The notes under the pieces are model-generated. The model was given only the letters and a program-made list of their open reading frames with translations, was not told the DNA's origin and did no database searches. A DNA stretch of 37,037 nucleotides, taken from the IMG/VR virus record IMGVR_UViG_3300019469_000046, positions 1-37,037 of that record. One strand, 5' to 3'. Every line of letters starts with the position of its first letter. The stretch's first letter is position 1. Position numbers and translations under genes: made by a program. The stretch comes from a virus. Below, piece after piece: positions 32,484 through 37,037 of the stretch.

Positions 32484-32882
32484 TTATTCAGCTCTCATTA
32501 GTGCCAAAGCGTCAGTTATTCCCATTACTTTTCGTTTGTCGCCATAATGACGATCTCGGTAATCATGAATAATCTTATCGGCGGTGCTTCTAGCAATATC
32601 GATAATTCTCGTTATCTTTCCAGCAGATAAACCGTGCTGATACAAGAACTCTGTTTGATATTGCTTATCCGTGAGCTTGCGTTTAGCTAATTCCTGTCGA
32701 ATAGCTGCTATATCATGCTGTTCTCGTAATTTCTCTGCTAAGGCTATCCGCTTTCTGAATTTAATAATCTCTTGCAACCGCCAATCATTGGGTGATAAAA
32801 GACGGTCTATTCTGTCATTCGTACTGCCCCAGTCGTCAATATTATTAAGTGCTTCACTTAGCATTGGCGTAATGTAATCCAT
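32484..32882 (-). CDS. Putative HTH DNA-binding protein (132 aa)
   Basis: C-terminal HTH-like segment GLSAGKITRIIDIARSTADKIIHDY. Confidence 0.4.
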   Translation of the reverse strand: MDYITPMLSEALNNIDDWGSTNDRIDRLLSPNDWRLQEIIKFRKRIALAEKLREQHDIAAIRQELAKRKLTDKQYQTEFLYQHGLSAGKITRIIDIARSTADKIIHDYRDRHYGDKRKVMGITDALALMRAE

Positions 32883-32927
32883 CTTGACGCTCCCTTTTCA
32901 ATTCATTCTTCGATTTCATGAATCCTC

Positions 32928-33413
32928 CTAAAATCCGATTAGGTCGTGTACATCATAATCAATGCTCTTATACACGTTGTAATAGTCCGTGACTACCTTC
33001 CCATTGCGCTTCTTTCTGGTATGCGCTTCTTGGAAATTAGTGGTAAAGCCATACAGTTTCATCTTGAAGTCATGTTTACGTGGAACAACAACTTCAACCG
33101 GAATACCTGTTTTTAACTCAAATAGCGTAAAACGTATCTTAGTGGCCGCATCAACTGCTCGTTGATTAACACCACTCTTCACATCGTAAACGTGCTGTAT
33201 CGAGCCGTCAGCGCCATATACTACAAAGTCAGGTGTATATGTAATTCCATGTTTGTTATATCCACCCAGGGGGAACTTGGTAACTACTTTATAGCTACGA
33301 TGAATCTCGTATCGTTTACCGCTGTTCTCAATGAAACGGATAAAGAAGTCACGCTCCTTCACTGAATCAAAATTCCAGTCTTTGTAGTGTACTTTCCTGC
33401 CAAAGTGATTCAC
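32928..33413 (-). CDS. DUF1064-like protein (putative endonuclease/resolvase)
   Basis: The pattern KV.YKDWNFDSVKERDFF...ITYTPDFVVYGADGSIQHVYDVKSG matches the DUF1064 architecture. Confidence 0.55.
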   Translation of the reverse strand: MNHFGRKVHYKDWNFDSVKERDFFIRFIENSGKRYEIHRSYKVVTKFPLGGYNKHGITYTPDFVVYGADGSIQHVYDVKSGVNQRAVDAATKIRFTLFELKTGIPVEVVVPRKHDFKMKLYGFTTNFQEAHTRKKRNGKVVTDYYNVYKSIDYDVHDLIGF

Positions 33414-33520
33414 TTCTTAATCCTCTCGTGCGTGCTGTCTACTTTAATCGTCGTTACTACTCCCAGCACAAATCCAATTGCGCCAGTTACCGTGATAGCT
33501 GGTAAATCGTAAATGCCCAT
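33410..33520 (-). CDS. Mini-ORF (36 aa), single TM-like segment
   Basis: AGGAGGAAGA-ATG. Translation MGIYDLPAITVTGAIGFVLGVVTTIKVDSTHERIKK. Overlaps the ends of both neighbouring genes. Confidence 0.3.
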   Translation of the reverse strand: MGIYDLPAITVTGAIGFVLGVVTTIKVDSTHERIKK

Positions 33521-33876
33521 TCTTCCTCCTCGTTTAATTCTTGGAGTGTTTCCCAGCCAATTAAGTCCCTGGAATCACAGTCGATATAGTTATAATCTTG
33601 TTTCTTTTTTAGTGTTGGCAATTGCTTAAAGTCCCAGTTTTCCGCACCGTCGTATTCTTCTCGTTCCAACCAAGAGTTATCGGTAAAAACAACTACAAGG
33701 TCAGAAGCTATTTGTGGTGTGCCGAATCCATCGTCATAGTCAACGTTTGCGAACTTTGACTTGAATTTATTCCAATCCATAGCAAGTACGCCATCCTTAG
33801 ATTCAATCCACAAAATATCATTTTCAGACTTATTTATATTCTTAAGATAATCTTGGATTTCTTCGATTACATTCAC
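33487..33876 (-). CDS. Hypothetical protein (129 aa)
   Basis: ORF in operon register. Confidence 0.5.
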   Translation of the reverse strand: MNVIEEIQDYLKNINKSENDILWIESKDGVLAMDWNKFKSKFANVDYDDGFGTPQIASDLVVVFTDNSWLEREEYDGAENWDFKQLPTLKKKQDYNYIDCDSRDLIGWETLQELNEEEEWAFTIYQLSR

Positions 33877-33890
33877 TGTTCTTCAGCCTC

Positions 33891-34274
33891 CTAAAATGGC
33901 AGTTCTTCATATGTTGACTTAACGTGTTTTAGAATACCGTCAACATGCTTGTATTCGTGGAATGTTGGATGTGATTCTCCAAAGTGCCAATAGTAGGCGC
34001 TCAAAGGCTTATTTCCCGGTATTAAGTCTATCTCCCAGCCATAAAGATTAGGCTTGATTTCGTACCATTCACCTTTTGGATAATCTTTACCCACCGGAAA
34101 CCAGCGATATGCGCAATAGTAACTGCCATAGCACTCACCGTTTACGTCAGGCTCATCACTGCCTGCCGGCCAAATTTCCTTAGTTGGTCGAGATTCATAC
34201 CACTCGCCGTCAATATTTTTCACGATCTTGTGAGAAGTGGCTTTGTAACCTCTAATCATCTTCGGATATATCAT
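33891..34274 (-). CDS. Hypothetical protein (127 aa from the ATG at 34274)
   Basis: ORF in operon register. GGGGTGG lies upstream of the ATG. Confidence 0.5.
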   Translation of the reverse strand: MIYPKMIRGYKATSHKIVKNIDGEWYESRPTKEIWPAGSDEPDVNGECYGSYYCAYRWFPVGKDYPKGEWYEIKPNLYGWEIDLIPGNKPLSAYYWHFGESHPTFHEYKHVDGILKHVKSTYEELPF

Positions 34275-34276
34275 TC

Positions 34277-34426
34277 TTACCACCCCTCATGCATCTTTCC
34301 GGCAATAAACGCTAATACGACAATTAATCCACTCGGTATCAACGTCCAGCCTCCTGCTATTTGCATGGTCACAATCACGATCAACGTAATCGCAAACCAC
34401 AGAAACGCATATAGTACACTATCCAT
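34277..34426 (-). CDS. Small membrane protein (49 aa)
   Basis: TGATG coupling with the upstream gene. Translation MDSVLYAFLWFAITLIVIVTMQIAGGWTLIPSGLIVVLAFIAGKMHEGW has two TM-like segments. Confidence 0.4.
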   Translation of the reverse strand: MDSVLYAFLWFAITLIVIVTMQIAGGWTLIPSGLIVVLAFIAGKMHEGW

Positions 34427-34728
34427 CACTTTTTTCCTTCGCAATTTGGATCGTAATAATTTGCTACCTGTTCATCCAAAATTTGTCCATTTTCTAGCAA
34501 TTTTTTCCTGATAACATCAAACAATGTAATAAATTTACCAACATCATGATGTAGCCCATATGCCGTAAGATTAATTTCATGATTAGTCAGCTCTTCCCAT
34601 TTTTTCGATTCGATTAATGACGTCATCCTAGAAAATAATTCATCTAATGTTTCATTTAATTCATATAGTTCCTTTATCTCAGCACTGACATTTTCAATTT
34701 CATTAATATTAAATTTACTTTTTTCCAT
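34426..34728 (-). CDS. Hypothetical protein (100 aa)
   Basis: ORF in operon register. Confidence 0.5.
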   Translation of the reverse strand: MEKSKFNINEIENVSAEIKELYELNETLDELFSRMTSLIESKKWEELTNHEINLTAYGLHHDVGKFITLFDVIRKKLLENGQILDEQVANYYDPNCEGKK

Positions 34729-34737
34729 TTTTACCCC

Positions 34738-35526
34738 TTATTCCCGTATATCATTTAGCTCTGAAAAATTGAATTGGTACATTGGATTATGTGGTAACAG
34801 GCGACTAACCGTCTTACCTCCATATATCAAACTTAGTTCGTCTGGTGTATTATTAGTTGTGACGATTGTTGATTTGAGAACCTTGTTACTGTTTGTGTCA
34901 TATCTGGCGGTTGCTATTTGATTAATTGCCTGTTGAACGTCCTTTTGCACAGGCTTGTCAGAGTTAACACCGCCTTCTGTTCCAAGGTCATCAATCACCA
35001 AGACGTCGACACTTTCCATAGCGTCCAAGACTTTTTCCTTACGGTCTTGGGCGTCTTTGTATTTATATGACTTCCAGAACAGCGAAACTAATTCGGTTGA
35101 CGAAACAAACATGGTTGTTTTCTCATTTGCTCTAAGATAATTCATCAGTGCTAGTGACATCATTGTCTTTCCTGTTCCCGGTGGCCCAAATAACACTAGT
35201 TTTTTCGGGTGATTGTTCATAACCTTTGCGAGATTAACTACATTGCCTTTGAGATTACGTGCAATCTTATCGTTTTGCTGTAAGTCGGGTTGCCATTTAT
35301 CAAAAGTTGCTGACAGCTTCTTTTTACCTTCCCACAAGCATAGACTGTCAAACATGATGTACTTGGCGCCACCACCGGCAATTTGAATTTCTTTAGCAGT
35401 CTTTGACCGATAAATTTTCGCCTGCAAAGCACATAGTTCCGGGTGATCGACGTCTACCCCATGTTCTCTAAATATTTCCAGCATATTAGGGCTTCGTAAA
35501 ATATCGCCTATTGCTTGAAACGCCAT
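34738..35526 (-). CDS. DnaC/IstB-like AAA+ helicase loader
   Basis: Walker A LFGPPGTGKT and Walker B VLVIDDLGTE. ATGA-type overlap with the upstream organizer gene. Confidence 0.8.
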   Translation of the reverse strand: MAFQAIGDILRSPNMLEIFREHGVDVDHPELCALQAKIYRSKTAKEIQIAGGGAKYIMFDSLCLWEGKKKLSATFDKWQPDLQQNDKIARNLKGNVVNLAKVMNNHPKKLVLFGPPGTGKTMMSLALMNYLRANEKTTMFVSSTELVSLFWKSYKYKDAQDRKEKVLDAMESVDVLVIDDLGTEGGVNSDKPVQKDVQQAINQIATARYDTNSNKVLKSTIVTTNNTPDELSLIYGGKTVSRLLPHNPMYQFNFSELNDIRE

Positions 35527-36350
35527 CAGTTAGCACCTTCTTCCGCTTCAACTTCTGCCAGTTCCTTAGCTATTGCCTCAGACTGGGTCATCCCCTCTGG
35601 TAAATCATGAGTAGTAAAGTGATATTGGGGATTCCCAGATGGCTTTTTCCGTGATGAACTAGCTCTTCGTCTTTGCCCATACTTCTTTGATAATTCTTCT
35701 GCCTGTTCTACTGTTTTGACGTGATTATCTTCTAGTGATTTCAATACTGTTTTCAAGTATGACCAGCTAGGATGACTAGCAAGCTCATTGGTCCGCTTGA
35801 TTGCGTAGCAAACTAAGTCATTACCAAGTCGATTAATGTAGTCTGTAAAAACTGGTAGATTCAATCCGCTGTTAACATTTATTCCTGCCATTTGGGCAAG
35901 ATTAAATGCATCCTCGACTGGTTGATCATCATCATCTTTATTAGTGTGATCAGTATTAGGTTTAAAGTCAGTATTAGGTAGTATGCGATTATCCGCTTGC
36001 GGTTTACCCGCTAGCGGTTTTTCCGCTAGCGGTTTTTCTGCTTGCGGTGAAATCATTGATACATCAGTAAGCAGCCAGTCTTGGCTTGCAAATTGACCAT
36101 TCTTTTTATGGTCTTGCTTGCGCGTTAAATATCCGGCGTTTTCAATTTCATTCAATGCAGACTTAATCGCAGAAACACCATCCTTACTGCTTCTTTTTGC
36201 TAACTCATCGGTATAAAATTTCCAATCATCAGGCTTAGAAAGCATATATATTAACAATCCCCTGGCTTTAAAAGAAAGTCGTTCATCTTCAATTATCTTA
36301 TTGTCAACAATTGAGAAATTTTTTTTTCGCTTTTGTCTTATTATTGCCAT
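35526..36350 (-). CDS. Replication initiator / replisome organizer (winged-helix N-domain plus DnaD-like C-domain)
   Basis: N-terminus NFSIVDNKIIEDERLSFKARGLLIYMLSKPDDWKF...IENAGYLTRK. Repeat-encoded linker AEKPLAEKPLAGKP. DnaD-like C-terminal half. Confidence 0.7.
   Translation of the reverse strand: MAIIRQKRKKNFSIVDNKIIEDERLSFKARGLLIYMLSKPDDWKFYTDELAKRSSKDGVSAIKSALNEIENAGYLTRKQDHKKNGQFASQDWLLTDVSMISPQAEKPLAEKPLAGKPQADNRILPNTDFKPNTDHTNKDDDDQPVEDAFNLAQMAGINVNSGLNLPVFTDYINRLGNDLVCYAIKRTNELASHPSWSYLKTVLKSLEDNHVKTVEQAEELSKKYGQRRRASSSRKKPSGNPQYHFTTHDLPEGMTQSEAIAKELAEVEAEEGAN
35950..36049. repeat. Iteron-like direct repeats inside the organizer gene (candidate ori)
   Basis: TCAGTATTAGGT x2 (35950-35961, 35968-35979). 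Four tandem 15-bp units of CYGCTWGCGGTTT type (35992-36049), each containing the CCGCTAGCGG palindrome or a variant. Confidence 0.6.
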
Positions 36351-36352
36351 CG

Positions 36353-37037
36353 TTACACCTCAATTTCACTTGCATTAGTAAATCCTGTTAATTGCTTTGT
36401 CTCACGGCAGTAATCACACTTACCACAAGTAATTGGTCTTTCTTCGCCAGTCATAACTTTCCAGAAATGTGGTTGCAGTTCTTTAACCTTTCGTATGTCA
36501 TCTTCCATGGCATACTTATCAGCCATACTCTCAAATTTAAATGCATCATGATCTGGGGGTGTTTGCTTACTAACTGCAAAGATATACGGATTACATTCCA
36601 CACCAAAAGTCTGCTTAATTAATTCCTTATAAACAGCCATTTGAAGATCGTACTCACGGTCATAAACAAAGTTTGGGGCTGCTACATCACGGTTGTAATG
36701 AAATTTGTGAATATCATCAACGGTCTTTAAGTCACAGAAATAGCCTTTATCAAGCATTAGACTGTCAATCTTACCTTTCCATTTATAGCCGTCAATCTCA
36801 CCGGTAACAATTACTTCTTTTTTACCGGGTGCGTAAAAGTAATTGAACATATCATCGGCCTGTAGCGCCTGAATCATGTTATTAGCAACCTTGAATTCAG
36901 CTCTAAGATGACCATTTGGGTTGGCCTTAGTTGGTCGAGTCATAAGTGCTTTTTTGTTCTCCTCGATAAAATCTTGATGGCTTTTAGCACTCTCAAAGTA
37001 AGAATGAACATAATTACCAACAAGAAGCGGTACTGGG
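36353..37037 (-). CDS. PD-(D/E)XK (DUF3799/RecE-like, Cas4-like Cys cluster) exonuclease, 3' part; 5' end wraps to 1-336
   Basis: Motifs GKIDSLM...CDLKT plus C-terminal CGKCDYC. The frame is continuous across the junction. Confidence 0.65.
   Translation of the reverse strand, partial: PVPLLVGNYVHSYFESAKSHQDFIEENKKALMTRPTKANPNGHLRAEFKVANNMIQALQADDMFNYFYAPGKKEVIVTGEIDGYKWKGKIDSLMLDKGYFCDLKTVDDIHKFHYNRDVAAPNFVYDREYDLQMAVYKELIKQTFGVECNPYIFAVSKQTPPDHDAFKFESMADKYAMEDDIRKVKELQPHFWKVMTGEERPITCGKCDYCRETKQLTGFTNASEIEV
36911..37037. repeat. Terminal overlap copy (identical to 1-127)
   Basis: Exact identity to the first 127 nt. Confidence 0.95.

Noticed and set aside
1-37037. Integrated prophage with host flanks, attL and attR
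   Set aside because: No host genes are present. The ends overlap exactly and a phage gene spans the junction. The sequence is therefore the circular phage form with a single attP region.

Overview
The window is a complete, circularly closed temperate siphovirus-type phage genome. It looks Lactobacillaceae-like, judged only from protein motifs and AT-rich composition. Bases 1-127 are identical to 36911-37037, so the unique length is 36,910 bp.

Almost all genes are on the minus strand in the classic order. A Cro-like switch gene comes first, then early and recombination genes: RecT plus a PD-(D/E)XK exonuclease that spans the circular junction. The replication genes follow: a DnaD-like organizer with internal iterons and a DnaC-like loader. 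Then come an ArpU-type late regulator, terS and a PBSX-type terL, and a free-standing HNH-AP2 endonuclease. The structural genes are portal, head, connector, tail, a 1395-aa tape measure, Dit, Tal and four fibre/RBP genes. Two holins and a GH25 endolysin close the strand.

The plus strand carries the lysogeny module: a cI/ImmR-like repressor, an ImmA-like protease, a lipoprotein, a tyrosine integrase and the attP region.

Three observations stand out.

1. A 1.65-kb ORF-poor interval (30290-31934) lies between the late regulator and terS.
   - It begins with six exactly phased 11-bp repeats next to a -35-less promoter-like element.
   - About 0.9 kb follows with many perfect long-range helices and two tRNA-like T-loop modules. 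This is my best candidate for a large ornate phage ncRNA of the GOLLD/ROOL kind, or a new one.
   - A separate unit of about 270 nt (promoter, structured RNA, terminator) comes next.
2. The repressor and its partner protease each carry a single in-frame TAG. The next ORF looks frameshifted. Every lytic gene is intact.
3. A plus-strand gene with its own extended -10 promoter and a strong terminator lies antisense inside the early lytic operon.

All family calls are motif recognition by eye. No database search was possible.
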